Shown: positions 8,533 through 17,690 of the stretch, piece after piece
Numbering within the stretch: the stretch's first letter is position 1
Layout: the number at the start of each line of letters is the position of its first letter
Assembly (NCBI GenBank): GCA_040752695.1
Contig: JBFMGO010000095.1
Location: 1-23,634 of the forward strand
Length of the DNA stretch: 23,634 nucleotides
Direction: 5' to 3'
DNA from: a bacterium
Lineage (GTDB): Bacteria > SZUA-182 > DTGQ01
Position numbers and translations under genes: made by a program
The notes under the pieces: model-generated
Databases searched by the model: none
The model's input: only the letters and a program-made list of their open reading frames with translations
What the model was told of the DNA's origin: nothing

Positions 8533-9291
8533 ATGGAAGGTCTTCTGGTGGCAGTACAATTTCTGACCAGGTTACGAATTAAGGGCGATTTGTACCCTGA
8601 TGCGCAATTACTGGGCAGGTCCACCCAATGGTTTCCCCTGGTTGGTTTTTTGATCGGCTTCATTCTCTGGGGTTGCCATAAGCTCTTGTACATCATCCTG
8701 CCTCAGACGGCATCAGATGTTTTACTTATCCTGATCCTGACCTCGCTCTCCGGCGGGATCCATGTTGACGGCTTTACCGATGCTGTCGAAGGATTCTATG
8801 CAGGCAGGAACAAGGAGGATATTCTGCGCATCATGAGGGATACGCATATAGGGAGTATCGGTGCCCTTGCCCTTTTCTCCTTACTGGCCCTGAAAATCGC
8901 TTTTCTGACTGCCCTGCCTCAGTCTGTAAAAGGGAATATCCTGCTGATCATGCCCATGCTGGGTAGATGGATCATTGTCTTTCTCGCTGCCACAGGAAAG
9001 TATGCCAGAAGCGATGGGGGACTGGGTGAGGCGTTTTTTACTCATACCTCGCGGAAGCAATTCTTCCGTGCCTCGATTTTTCCCCTGATGGTTATCCTCC
9101 TGCTCTTTCCTGTTTGGGGCCTTTTGCTTCTTGGTGTCCTTTTTACTTTAAACTTCGGGCTTTCCCTTTGGGTAAAGAAAAGGATCAATGGGTTGACCGG
9201 AGATATTCTTGGGGCACTTAATGAGGTTACCGAAACCGCCGTGCTATTTCTGAGTGCGGTTTCCGTCCGCCTTGGGCTTTTGTCGCGCTAG
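8533..9291 (+). CDS. cobS: Adenosylcobinamide-GDP ribazoletransferase (cobalamin synthase)
   Basis: QFLTRL, WFPLVG, GGIHVDGFTDAVEG, IMRDTHIGSIG, GLTGDILGALNEVTE. Confidence 0.95.
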   Translation: MEGLLVAVQFLTRLRIKGDLYPDAQLLGRSTQWFPLVGFLIGFILWGCHKLLYIILPQTASDVLLILILTSLSGGIHVDGFTDAVEGFYAGRNKEDILRIMRDTHIGSIGALALFSLLALKIAFLTALPQSVKGNILLIMPMLGRWIIVFLAATGKYARSDGGLGEAFFTHTSRKQFFRASIFPLMVILLLFPVWGLLLLGVLFTLNFGLSLWVKKRINGLTGDILGALNEVTETAVLFLSAVSVRLGLLSR

Positions 9292-9392
9292 ACTGGTTTT
9301 CAATTGCGTATGCTAGAGCGGTTACGTATTTGTTGTGAGATTGATTATGAGACCGGTACGAGATTGATATGAGTTTGGTTATAAGGAAGGGC

Positions 9393-9475
9393 ATGAAGCG
9401 AATGAAGGGTATGAAGCGAATGAAGGATATATGAAGGGCATGAAGTGAATGAAAGGAATGAAGGATATGAGAAAG
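9393..9475 (+). repeat. 9-bp ATGAAGnnn tandem repeat x9 running into the cobC start
   Basis: ATGAAGCGA ATGAAGGGT ATGAAGCGA ATGAAGGAT (AT) ATGAAGGGC ATGAAGTGA ATGAAAGGA ATGAAGGAT ATGAGAAAG. Confidence 0.9.
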
Positions 9476-10072
9476 GTTTTTCTGGTTCGGCATCCTGAAA
9501 TTGAAAATCCTGAATCACGCCGGTTTTATGGAAAAACGGATATTGGCCTCAGTCAGCGGGGTAAGATCCAGGCACATGAGTCTGCCCGGAGGCTGGCTGA
9601 GGAAAAAATTCATCTTGTCTATTCCAGTGATCTTTGGCGTGCCCACTATCCTGCATCCCTGCTGGCCCGCAGGCTGAATATCCGTCATATAAGCCTGGCA
9701 GACCTCGGCGAAATACATTTCGGCGATTGGGAAGGGCTTACCTTTGAAGAAATTGAAGAATCGGCACCCAGCCTCTGTCAAAGCTGGTTGGCTCTGCCCG
9801 ATGTCTTCCGGTTCCCTGCCGGGGAATCGGTTGAAGAATTTCGTCGCCGGGTTCAGAAAGGGTATGATTTTATCCTGGGCTCATCCTCCCCTGACCAGGG
9901 CAACCTGGCAATTATCACCCATGGAGGAGTAATTCGCATTCTCCTGTGTGGGATTCTTGGCCTGGACATCAGTAAAATGTGGGACATCCATCTTGATTTT
10001 GGGGCCATACATATGGTGCAGTACCCGCCAGATGATTCAAAACCCCCCGAAGTAGTTGCTCTGCCCGTGTAA
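9449..10072 (+). CDS. cobC: Histidine phosphatase family protein, probable alpha-ribazole phosphatase (start may be 9458 or 9467)
   Basis: LVRHPE (RHG variant), YSSDLWRA, LGEIHFGDWEGLTF, FPAGES, IITHGGVIR; adjacent to cobS. Confidence 0.85.
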   Translation: MKGMKDMRKVFLVRHPEIENPESRRFYGKTDIGLSQRGKIQAHESARRLAEEKIHLVYSSDLWRAHYPASLLARRLNIRHISLADLGEIHFGDWEGLTFEEIEESAPSLCQSWLALPDVFRFPAGESVEEFRRRVQKGYDFILGSSSPDQGNLAIITHGGVIRILLCGILGLDISKMWDIHLDFGAIHMVQYPPDDSKPPEVVALPV

Positions 10073-10262
10073 CTACCCTGTCGTACTGCTCGCCAGGCTG
10101 CGGCATTGCGGCATGCACGCACATTGCCTGCAAGAGCGAGTTGCCTGTAAGGATAAGATGCTTTGCCTCTGTTATCTGGCCGGTATCACCTGCAAGAAAT
10201 ACAACATCTTGCCCCTATTACCTGCAAGAAGAAAAATGCTTCTTCCCCCCTCCCATTCTTCT

Positions 10263-10380
10263 GGGAGCATCAATTAGAGCGAGCATCGATTAAGAGTATC
10301 GATTAGAGAAAGTATGGTTAGAGCGAGCATCGATTAGAGAGCACCAATTCCAATTAGAGAGCGCCGATTAGAGAGCATCG
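10263..10380. repeat. Degenerate 13-16-bp tandem repeat (ATTAGAGAGCATCG, ~7 copies) copying the rho stop region
   Basis: The last unit (10367-10380) is the rho 3' end (GAT GCT CTC TAA); variant copies extend downstream of the gene. Confidence 0.85.
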
Positions 10381-11624
10381 AGGTTTATGGAATCGAGAAA
10401 ATCTCTGTTGCTTTTTTTAGCCCTCAGTTTATCCAGCAAAAGCTCCATGCACTCAACCACTCCCAGAGAGCCCAGCAGCTTTCTCAAGTGCCAGACCCTG
10501 GTCAGGTCCTCTCTGCCAAGAAGCAGTTCTTCTTTTCTGGTGCCTGAGCGCTGGACATCGATAGCCGGGAAGATACGCTTGTCCACCAGCCGGCGGTCAA
10601 GGTGCAGTTCCATGTTTCCCGTTCCCTTGAACTCCTCGAAAATGACATCGTCCATCTTGCTTCCCGTGTCAATCAGAGAGGTTGCAATAATGGTGATGCT
10701 TCCCCCTTCCTCGATGTTCCTGGCTGTACCAAAAAACCGCTTTGGGGTTTGCAGGGCGTTGGCATCGATACCGCCAGACAGGACTTTTCCACTGGGTGGC
10801 ACCGTCGCATTATATGCCCTGGCTAACCTGGTGATGCTGTCCAGCAGGATAACAACATCTTTTTTATACTCAACCAGCCTCTTGGCCCGCTCCAGGACAA
10901 TTTCCGCCACCTGAATATGCCGCGTAGGGGGCTCGTCGAAGGTCGAACTGATTACTTCTCCCTTGACCGACCGCAGCATATCAGTAACCTCTTCTGGTCT
11001 CTCGTCAATCAGAAGGACAATGAGGATAACTTCCGGGTGATTGATGGAGATGCTTTTGGCAATCGCTTGCAGCAGCATTGTCTTGCCGGTCCTCGGCGGT
11101 GCAACGATCAGTCCCCTTTGCCCTTTCCCGATGGGAATCAAAAGGTCCATTACCCTGGTTGACAATCCATCCGCGGTTGTTTCCAGCTTAATGCGTTCCT
11201 GCGGATAGAGAGGAACCAGGTTATCAAAAAGAACCTTTTCCTTTGCATGCTCAGGAGAGGTATAGTTGATCGTCTCGACCTTCAGGAGGGCAAAATAGCG
11301 CTCACTGTCCTTGGGAGGCCGGATTTGCCCAAAAACCGTGTCTCCTGTAGCTAGGCTGAATCGCTTTATCTGAGAAGGAGAGACGTAAATATCATCCGGG
11401 CCGGGCAGGTAATTGTAATCTGTGGCTCGAAGGAAACCAAATCCGTCGGGCAATATTTCCAGAACACCACCACCGTAAATCATTCCATCCTTGCCGGCCT
11501 GAGTTTCCAGAATTTTGAAAATCAGTTCCTGCTTCCGAAGACCACTCGTGGAAGGTACTCCGACCTCTTTGGCCAAATCATTGAGTTCGGTAACTGTCTT
11601 TGCTTTTAAATCAAGTATATTCAT
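10368..11624 (-). CDS. rho: Transcription termination factor Rho
   Basis: [68 protein letters not shown]; full length 418 aa. Confidence 0.99.
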   Translation of the reverse strand: MNILDLKAKTVTELNDLAKEVGVPSTSGLRKQELIFKILETQAGKDGMIYGGGVLEILPDGFGFLRATDYNYLPGPDDIYVSPSQIKRFSLATGDTVFGQIRPPKDSERYFALLKVETINYTSPEHAKEKVLFDNLVPLYPQERIKLETTADGLSTRVMDLLIPIGKGQRGLIVAPPRTGKTMLLQAIAKSISINHPEVILIVLLIDERPEEVTDMLRSVKGEVISSTFDEPPTRHIQVAEIVLERAKRLVEYKKDVVILLDSITRLARAYNATVPPSGKVLSGGIDANALQTPKRFFGTARNIEEGGSITIIATSLIDTGSKMDDVIFEEFKGTGNMELHLDRRLVDKRIFPAIDVQRSGTRKEELLLGREDLTRVWHLRKLLGSLGVVECMELLLDKLRAKKSNRDFLDSINLDAL

Positions 11625-11711
11625 TATAGTAGCCCTTTCCTAAAATAATGGAAAACGATACGCCGCATAATTTATTGGAATGAAGCGATTGTTATCAGGA
11701 AGGCAAAAATC

Positions 11712-11738
11712 TATCACAGCATAATGATTGCTGTGATA
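11712..11738. promoter_or_regulatory. Perfect 10-bp inverted repeat upstream of rho (operator or leader hairpin)
   Basis: TATCACAGCA-N7-TGCTGTGATA. Confidence 0.4.
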
Positions 11739-11928
11739 ATCGTAATAGAAAAACAAATCCCCCCTCTCACCAATTCCTCTGAACCGGTGAATAACCGTAA
11801 TTTATCTCATATTTTTTGATAAGTCAAGGAGATAACCCAACGATTCTTTACGGCTGCCTGTCATTGGTTCACGAGGGGGGCTAAAGATGGAGTCTGATGG
11901 TGAAGCTATTACCTTTTTTTGGCCGAAG

Positions 11929-12058
11929 ATCGGAACAGGCAGGGATAAACGGCGCATGGATAATCGGAACAGGCAGGGATAAGCAGGGCGTGGATAAGCT
12001 GATAGAGTGGAGCAGCAGGAAAGGGGGTAGAGCAGCGCAGGGATAAGCGGGAAGCGGG
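11929..12058. repeat. Purine-rich (plus strand) degenerate repeat tract with a perfect 20-bp direct repeat
   Basis: ATCGGAACAGGCAGGGATAA at 11929 and 11963, followed by further GGATAAGC variants. Confidence 0.75.
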
Positions 12059-12179
12059 CATTGATGTTTGGTTCAGTACAGACCATGATAATAATTATCC
12101 GGTCAATTTGGATAATTCTTAAAAACGCTAACCACAAAAAATCATACAAAGATCATATGAGGAAACCGGGCAGTCACGG

Positions 12180-12217
12180 GGAGTAATACGGTCATAAGAG
12201 GAGTAATACGGTCATAA
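12180..12217. repeat. 18-bp direct repeat (period 20) spanning the ADP-ribosylglycohydrolase stop
   Basis: GGAGTAATACGGTCATAA at 12180 and 12200. Confidence 0.85.
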
Positions 12218-13459
12218 AGAGCATAACGGTAACGGTAATAGCCGCCTGAAACCATGTGCAAGAACCACGAGCAGGAAAAACAGGTTGCGAGGGAAAATGG
12301 CTGGCCAGAAAAGCGAAAGCGGTCCTGGACAAGATCTATCAGTTGATTCTGCTGGTTTTACTAATCCGGCTGATCCGGCTGATCTTGCTGATCCGGCTGA
12401 TCTTGAGGAGCATTTGGGGGAGTATTGTACTAGCGGGAGAAATTGTACAAGCTGGTTTGTCAGTTCTTTTATCCAGGTTACACTTCGGGGCCATTCCATG
12501 ATTCCGGCTACCCACTCCTGTGGTATCCCTGATGCACCAATTGTCGCTCCGACCAACGCACCGGTGATAGCGGCCGTAGTGTCCGTATCTCCGCCGAGTC
12601 TTATTACCTCACTGATTGCACGACGAAAATCACCAGGCCAACGTAACCAGCAAAAGAGAGCAACAGGAACGGTATGATTAATGTAGCCGCTTATACCATG
12701 TGCAAGACTCATCGATTCAACAAGAGCGCCCGGTGATGACCCCTGGATAAGGTGACTTTCAACAAGTTCAAGTAATTCAATCAATTCCTTTCCATTCATG
12801 CGCGCTCTGAGTAAAGTCAAAAATTTTTTTATGTCAATGATGTCAATGTTTGTATCATTGATATCATTGGTGGACGACGTTCTTCTTAGAGCATATGCAG
12901 CAGCAAGTGCCACTGCTAAAGCTCCCTCCTCGGCACGTGGATCTGTATGGGTGATTCTCGTCGAGTAACGCACGAAAGTGCTCAACCGGTCTTCGCTCTC
13001 GCGTTCTTCATCCTGGCCGCCCATCATAGCATTGGCCAGAAAAGCCCCAAGGATAGGAGCGCGCATGGCAGGGCCATTTCCGGCAGAGAAAACCCCGCTC
13101 TTTTCAGGAGGAAAACCGATCCATAGTTTTACTATGGCCCGAAGGGTTGCCCTGCCAATACCAGCAGGTAAGCCGAGCAGCCAAAAACGCAGGCGCCACC
13201 CCAGAGAGCGGACAAAAGCATCCGGATCACCAGCCGAGGCCAGCAGGGCTTGTGCTGTCATGCAAGCATGTTCTGTATCATCGCTTACCATTCCGTGACC
13301 GAAAAAGAAACGGTGGCGTAAATCTCCCCTGAGATACGTGTCAAGACGGTCTGGCGGTAATCCTTCATATGGCAAACCCAGCGCGTCACCGACGGCAGTG
13401 CCCAAAAGAACACCTGCGATCTTATCAAAAGAAGTAACCAGCTTTGCTTCCTGAGTCAT
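12212..13459 (-). CDS. ADP-ribosylglycohydrolase (DraG/ARH) family protein
   Basis: GTAVGDALGLPYE, SDDTEH, SAGNGPAMR, THTDPRA, GGDTDTTAAITGAL. Confidence 0.93.
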   Translation of the reverse strand: MTQEAKLVTSFDKIAGVLLGTAVGDALGLPYEGLPPDRLDTYLRGDLRHRFFFGHGMVSDDTEHACMTAQALLASAGDPDAFVRSLGWRLRFWLLGLPAGIGRATLRAIVKLWIGFPPEKSGVFSAGNGPAMRAPILGAFLANAMMGGQDEERESEDRLSTFVRYSTRITHTDPRAEEGALAVALAAAYALRRTSSTNDINDTNIDIIDIKKFLTLLRARMNGKELIELLELVESHLIQGSSPGALVESMSLAHGISGYINHTVPVALFCWLRWPGDFRRAISEVIRLGGDTDTTAAITGALVGATIGASGIPQEWVAGIMEWPRSVTWIKELTNQLVQFLPLVQYSPKCSSRSAGSARSAGSAGLVKPAESTDRSCPGPLSLFWPAIFPRNLFFLLVVLAHGFRRLLPLPLCSL

Positions 13460-13464
13460 TGACC

Positions 13465-14598
13465 TTAATCATTCCTGATGCCTGCAATAAACTCCTCGGT
13501 CATCCGGTGTGCCTCGTCGTCGGCAAACTGCCGTGGAGGGTGTTTCATGAAATAGGCGGAGGGAGAATACAGGACACCTCCCAGGCCTCTATCGAGGGCC
13601 AGTTTGCAGCATCGAATTGCATCGACGGCCACTCCCGCAGAGTTCGGAGAATCCTCGACGGACAGCCGCAATTCCAGATTCATCGGCACATCGCCGAACA
13701 ACCTGCCTTCCATTCTGATGAAGCAGACCTTGTTGTCATTTTGCCAGGCTACATAATCACTTGGTCCGATGTGAATGTTTTCGGCATCGAGCCTCTCAGC
13801 AAGCACTGACTGAACCGCTTCAGTTTTTGACTCCTTTTTTGAGGTGAGTCTGTTCCTGTTGAGCATATTCAGAAAATCAGTATTTCCACCGGTGTTGAGC
13901 TGATAGGTTTTCTCAAGCTTAACCCCTCGTTTTTTGAACAAATCGGCTAAGGCCCTGTGAGTTATGGTAGCGCCAAGCTGGGCTTTGATATCATCACCAA
14001 GGATCGGTATATTCTTCTTTTGAAATCTCTCTGCCCACTCCTTGTCACTGGCGATAAAGGCAGGCATGTTATTGATAAAGGCCAGGCCAGCATCAAGTGC
14101 GCATTCCGCATAAAAGCGCGTAGCTGCCTCAGAACCTACAGGAAGGTAGTTTAAAAGTATATCGGCCCCGGACTCTTTTAAGATACCTACGACATCCTCT
14201 TTTGATGGCTCCTTTTCCCCGGCCAGGACAAAGGTCCTTGCTTCATCATAATTCCTCATGTGCTCGGAAAGACCATCCAGGATTCTTCCCATCTGAACCC
14301 TGACACCTTTCATGGACACATCCCTGCAGAAAACGACTGTGCAGTTGGGCAGCTCGAAAATGGCCCTGGATATATCCTTTCCGACTTTCCTTTTATCAAT
14401 ATCGAAGGCGGCAACCACCTCGATATCGTATGGTTTATAACCGCCAATGTCCCAATGCATCAGGCCGACAGGCTCTGTGCCGTCATTTTTTTTATAATAT
14501 TCAATACCTTGAATTAAAGAGCTGGCGCAGTTACCAACGCCTGCCACGGCAATTTTCACTTTATCCACTCTTATATTATCCACTCTCACTTTATCCAC
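13465..14598 (-). CDS. ino1: Inositol-3-phosphate synthase (myo-inositol-1-phosphate synthase)
   Basis: AGVGNCASSLIQG, NYLPVGSE, GDDIKAQLGATITHR, YQLNTGGNTDFLNM, VEDSPNSAG, SAYFMKHPP. Confidence 0.97.
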   Translation of the reverse strand: MDKVRVDNIRVDKVKIAVAGVGNCASSLIQGIEYYKKNDGTEPVGLMHWDIGGYKPYDIEVVAAFDIDKRKVGKDISRAIFELPNCTVVFCRDVSMKGVRVQMGRILDGLSEHMRNYDEARTFVLAGEKEPSKEDVVGILKESGADILLNYLPVGSEAATRFYAECALDAGLAFINNMPAFIASDKEWAERFQKKNIPILGDDIKAQLGATITHRALADLFKKRGVKLEKTYQLNTGGNTDFLNMLNRNRLTSKKESKTEAVQSVLAERLDAENIHIGPSDYVAWQNDNKVCFIRMEGRLFGDVPMNLELRLSVEDSPNSAGVAVDAIRCCKLALDRGLGGVLYSPSAYFMKHPPRQFADDEAHRMTEEFIAGIRND

Positions 14599-14650
14599 GA
14601 ATGGTGACCTCCTGCAGCTTAAAGTTATGCCGTAACCATAAAAATTTCAT
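14591..14650 (-). CDS. 19-aa upstream ORF overlapping the ino1 start (MKFLWLRHNFKLQEVTIRG)
   Basis: AGGAGG lies 5 nt before ATG 14650; the TAA stop at 14591-14593 falls just past the ino1 GTG. Confidence 0.35.
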   Translation of the reverse strand: MKFLWLRHNFKLQEVTIRG

Positions 14651-14769
14651 AGTATCCTCCTGCTATGTGGGAGAGCATTCCCCAAAACCTGGTCGTGTAT
14701 ATTGAACATCTTCGGAGTGGATCGGCTTGATGATCTTAAAAATGATAGATTCCCATCATTAATCAATCT

Positions 14770-14798
14770 ATTATACAAAATTTGAGAACTAATCTCAA
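14770..14798 (-). promoter_or_regulatory. sigma70-type promoter for the ino1 operon
   Basis: Minus strand TTGAGA-N17-TATAAT. Confidence 0.6.
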
Positions 14799-15003
14799 TA
14801 ATAAATTACCTCCATAAGATGCCGCATCTTATCCCCTCAGGCACTATCCCAGTAAAACGGAGAGCACCCTGTGGCAGAGGGAGTCTATATGGTTGCGCCA
14901 GTATTTCCCGCCAAGAATTCCATTGAAGGGGTGCTTTTTAAAGGACTGCTGGAAATTCATAAGGTAACTTGGAAAATTGCCAGGGAATTGACAAGGTGCT
15001 TTT

Positions 15004-15062
15004 GAAGACTGCTTAGAAGACTGCTTGAAAAACTGCTTGGAAGACTACTTGGAAAACTGCTG
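15004..15062. repeat. 12-bp tandem repeat x5 (GAAGACTGCTTG)
   Basis: Period-12 units running into the hairpin at 15059-15088. Confidence 0.85.
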
Positions 15063-15088
15063 GAAGAGGAATGCATTCCTCTTCCAGC
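15059..15088 (-). terminator. Hairpin behind the orphaned copy of the TM-helix gene 3' end
   Basis: GCTGGAAGAGGAATGCATTCCTCTTCCAGC is a perfect palindrome, homologous in position and arms to 19902-19932. Confidence 0.55.
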
Positions 15089-15096
15089 GAATAATG

Positions 15097-15140
15097 TTAT
15101 TTCTGTCTTGCCTCTCGCATCTTTTGCAAGTAGTTTGCAG
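15097..15140. repeat. att-like direct repeat (left copy, 44 bp)
   Basis: TTATTTCTGTCTTGCCTCTCGCATCTTTTGCAAGTAGTTTGCAG, 42/44 identical to 19940-19983. Confidence 0.9.
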
Positions 15141-15402
15141 GAAGTAGCGAAAGACATTGAAATAGATTGAATTAGACTAGTAAGGGAAGATTGGCAAAAA
15201 TAATTCATTTTGTAAGTAGAATTAAATAGACTAAATTAGAATGGCTCTTACATAAGGAACTCAAAGTAAGCTAACCTTTTGAAATATTGTAATAATCTTA
15301 AATTCCATGTCAGAGGCTTCATTGGTTGAAAGTTTCTGAGTACAGGCAGCGAGAATTACCCGACCATTTGCAGGGAATAACTCCCCTGGCACAAGTGCTC
15401 CT

Positions 15403-15494
15403 TCGTCATTCCCGCGAAGCAGGGAGCCTCTATGACAGCGGGAATTCATGTTTTTCAAGGGCTTCTGGATTCTAAGCCTTCGCGGGAATGACGA
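15403..15494. repeat. CGTC-type REP-like palindromic element
   Basis: 17-bp terminal inverted repeat TCGTCATTCCCGCGAAG / CTTCGCGGGAATGACGA. Confidence 0.8.
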
Positions 15495-15608
15495 GTAATG
15501 TACTGCGTGGATGTCGGTTCAATGGCTACGTAATTTCTGTGTCCTGTACTTAGGCTTGTCAAGTGCTGCCTTATGCTATAAGCTTATGTAAGTGTCATTC
15601 GTATTAGA

Positions 15609-17690
15609 TTAATTTCGAGGGGAAAGGATCCGAACATCAGTACAACCCTGAATTGTACGTCCATTTAACGTCTTGCCTGTTATACATGCCTGCGTATCAC
15701 CCCTCGTAAATCCTGTTTCATTTGTGTCGTAATGAAGTACCATATCATCACATCCATCCTCATTCATGTCTATAATGCCCACATTTCCTTGCGCTTCGGT
15801 GCAATCGCCAACTCCTCTAATTGTTCCAGGGCCAAAACATATAGTTACAGGATCGATATCGTGGACATCAAGTACGTCTGAAGTAAAGATAGTTACCGCG
15901 ATAACTCCTCGTGACCGCAGGTTGATAGAATTTCTTACTTCAATGTCTACTGAAATTGGCTTGACCGCTGCTTCTACTACAGCGATCATCGCCTGAGCAA
16001 CGCCTTCCCCGGTAACTGCATGGGAACAAACAATCGGATCCCCTTCTTGTATGTCTATTGTTCCATCACCATCACAATCGACACCCCCTTCCGGAGCGAG
16101 CGCATCAGTAGCCTCAGCAATGGCACGTAAGTCTGTCAATGCACCCTCATTATCTCCGGAACGGACACCGATGACTTTTGGTGGATCAAGGGCCAATATC
16201 GCGCTCATTGTGTCATTGAAACTTGGTCCAGGATAAGGGATATCCCCGGGATCACCCGGATAATGAAACGAGGCATCTGTCCACACAAGAAAAAGCTTGG
16301 TTGCATTATTTCTGAAATTGGCCTGTTGACCCGGATTGATACTGGCGGCTGGATATCCCGCACCTGTGAGATCCTGTCCTGCCCCCGTTGCCGCTTGATA
16401 AAGCGCTGCTAATTGACTTTCAGACCAATCGACCCCAGAACCTGGAGAAACAATCGATAATCCATTGATAGCTGTGATCACATTTGTCGTGTTTGCAGTG
16501 AGGTCAAGAACCCGCTGATAAGCATAATCATTATATGTCGAAGAGCCAAAAGGGGGTATTGGATAGTCAATGAATGATCCAAGCCCGACTTTGAGATCGA
16601 AACGGGTATCAAGGTCATTGATCAATGAAGTAGCATTTACTTTAAATTCTGCTATATCATCCATATAGCTGCCTGAAAGGTCTACAAGAAAGTAAAGGTC
16701 AACAGGCTCACCAGTCAACCATCCAATATCCACTAGCAATGCCTCTGCAAGTCCAACATCATGTGAAGCTCCGAGGTATGATGGCTCCATCCGCTGATCC
16801 GGGATGAGTGATGTGCTAAAGTGACATACTGAAGAACCTGGCTCCGCTGGATTTGGAGCGTACATTTCCACATGTCCACTTGGTTGATGTCGTCCAGCGG
16901 TAAGGAATGTGCTTTCTGCAACGACTATCGGCCCTACCCAGTGTAAATCTCCAGTATCTGTGCTCGCAGTAATACGCTCGGCATCTGTCATGTCAGGATA
17001 AAACTTCCCTGTGCTATGATCCTCCAGATAAATCATGAATGAGTCGTCACGGCCATCGAACTTTACCCCTGTGCCGAGATCCACAAAAGTTAGAAAGCCA
17101 AGTCCATGCGCCAGTTCATGTAAGGCTACAGTTACAAAGTCAACCCCACCAGGAGGAGGAGAAGCATCCAGGCCATAGTACCAAGAAAGAGTAGTAAGGC
17201 AACCGGTTGTCCCGACATTACTATTAAATGTTGCTCCGATATCGTTATGTCCCGGATTTGTATCAATTCCACACAATTTATTAGCTAAAGCAATAGGATA
17301 CCAAGTATTTGCCCTCAGTGCTCCAGTAAAATCACGGTTAACAAATAGCGGTCCACAATTAGCGAGAACTCCTCCTGTGGGAGAGCAGGGTGTCATTGGA
17401 TTAAAATTGGCCTCGACTCTGATGTCTACGCTACTCTCAATAAGATCAGCCCAAATATCCGCAGCGAACTGAAGGGCTTGAAGTCGTTGGGCACCCAATG
17501 TGGCACCGGTATTACCACCTGCTGCCGAAGCTGAATCTGGAGCAGCAGGATCATTGAATCCTTCGCCAGGGCCATCAAGATTTATGATCACAAAGTTTGC
17601 TTCGGCATAGACAAAGTATGGGAACATAAGGGATGTTGTTTGGAAAATGGCTACGAGTATAATAATTTTAAACATGTTTTTATTCTTCAT
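15609..17690 (-). CDS. Secreted multidomain protein: HExxH Zn-metallopeptidase-like domain, integrin-beta-like vWA (MIDAS) domain and a C-terminal domain with a DxNxDG Ca-binding-like loop
   Basis: Signal peptide ending VYA-E; GEGFNDP...GGNTGATLGAQR; LHELAHGLGF; DLYFLVDLSGS MIDAS; DMNEDGCDDMVLHY. Confidence 0.85.
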   Translation of the reverse strand: MKNKNMFKIIILVAIFQTTSLMFPYFVYAEANFVIINLDGPGEGFNDPAAPDSASAAGGNTGATLGAQRLQALQFAADIWADLIESSVDIRVEANFNPMTPCSPTGGVLANCGPLFVNRDFTGALRANTWYPIALANKLCGIDTNPGHNDIGATFNSNVGTTGCLTTLSWYYGLDASPPPGGVDFVTVALHELAHGLGFLTFVDLGTGVKFDGRDDSFMIYLEDHSTGKFYPDMTDAERITASTDTGDLHWVGPIVVAESTFLTAGRHQPSGHVEMYAPNPAEPGSSVCHFSTSLIPDQRMEPSYLGASHDVGLAEALLVDIGWLTGEPVDLYFLVDLSGSYMDDIAEFKVNATSLINDLDTRFDLKVGLGSFIDYPIPPFGSSTYNDYAYQRVLDLTANTTNVITAINGLSIVSPGSGVDWSESQLAALYQAATGAGQDLTGAGYPAASINPGQQANFRNNATKLFLVWTDASFHYPGDPGDIPYPGPSFNDTMSAILALDPPKVIGVRSGDNEGALTDLRAIAEATDALAPEGGVDCDGDGTIDIQEGDPIVCSHAVTGEGVAQAMIAVVEAAVKPISVDIEVRNSINLRSRGVIAVTIFTSDVLDVHDIDPVTICFGPGTIRGVGDCTEAQGNVGIIDMNEDGCDDMVLHYDTNETGFTRGDTQACITGKTLNGRTIQGCTDVRILSPRN

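Noticed and set aside
10263..10380. CRISPR array
   Set aside because: The units are 13-16 bp, abut without unique spacers and derive from the rho 3' end; there are no cas genes. The same applies to the 9393, 11929 and 15004 tracts.
11802..12149. 115-aa minus-strand ORF upstream of rho
   Set aside because: It is mostly a translation of the repeat tract, with no RBS or motif.
14957..15208. 83-aa minus-strand ORF across the left att-like repeat
   Set aside because: It reads the repeat in a different frame from the parent gene and runs through the 12-bp tandem tract; likely spurious.
15609..15700. Island peptidase as substrate of the exosortase
   Set aside because: Its C-terminus lacks a PEP/IPTL motif, a TM helix and a basic tail.
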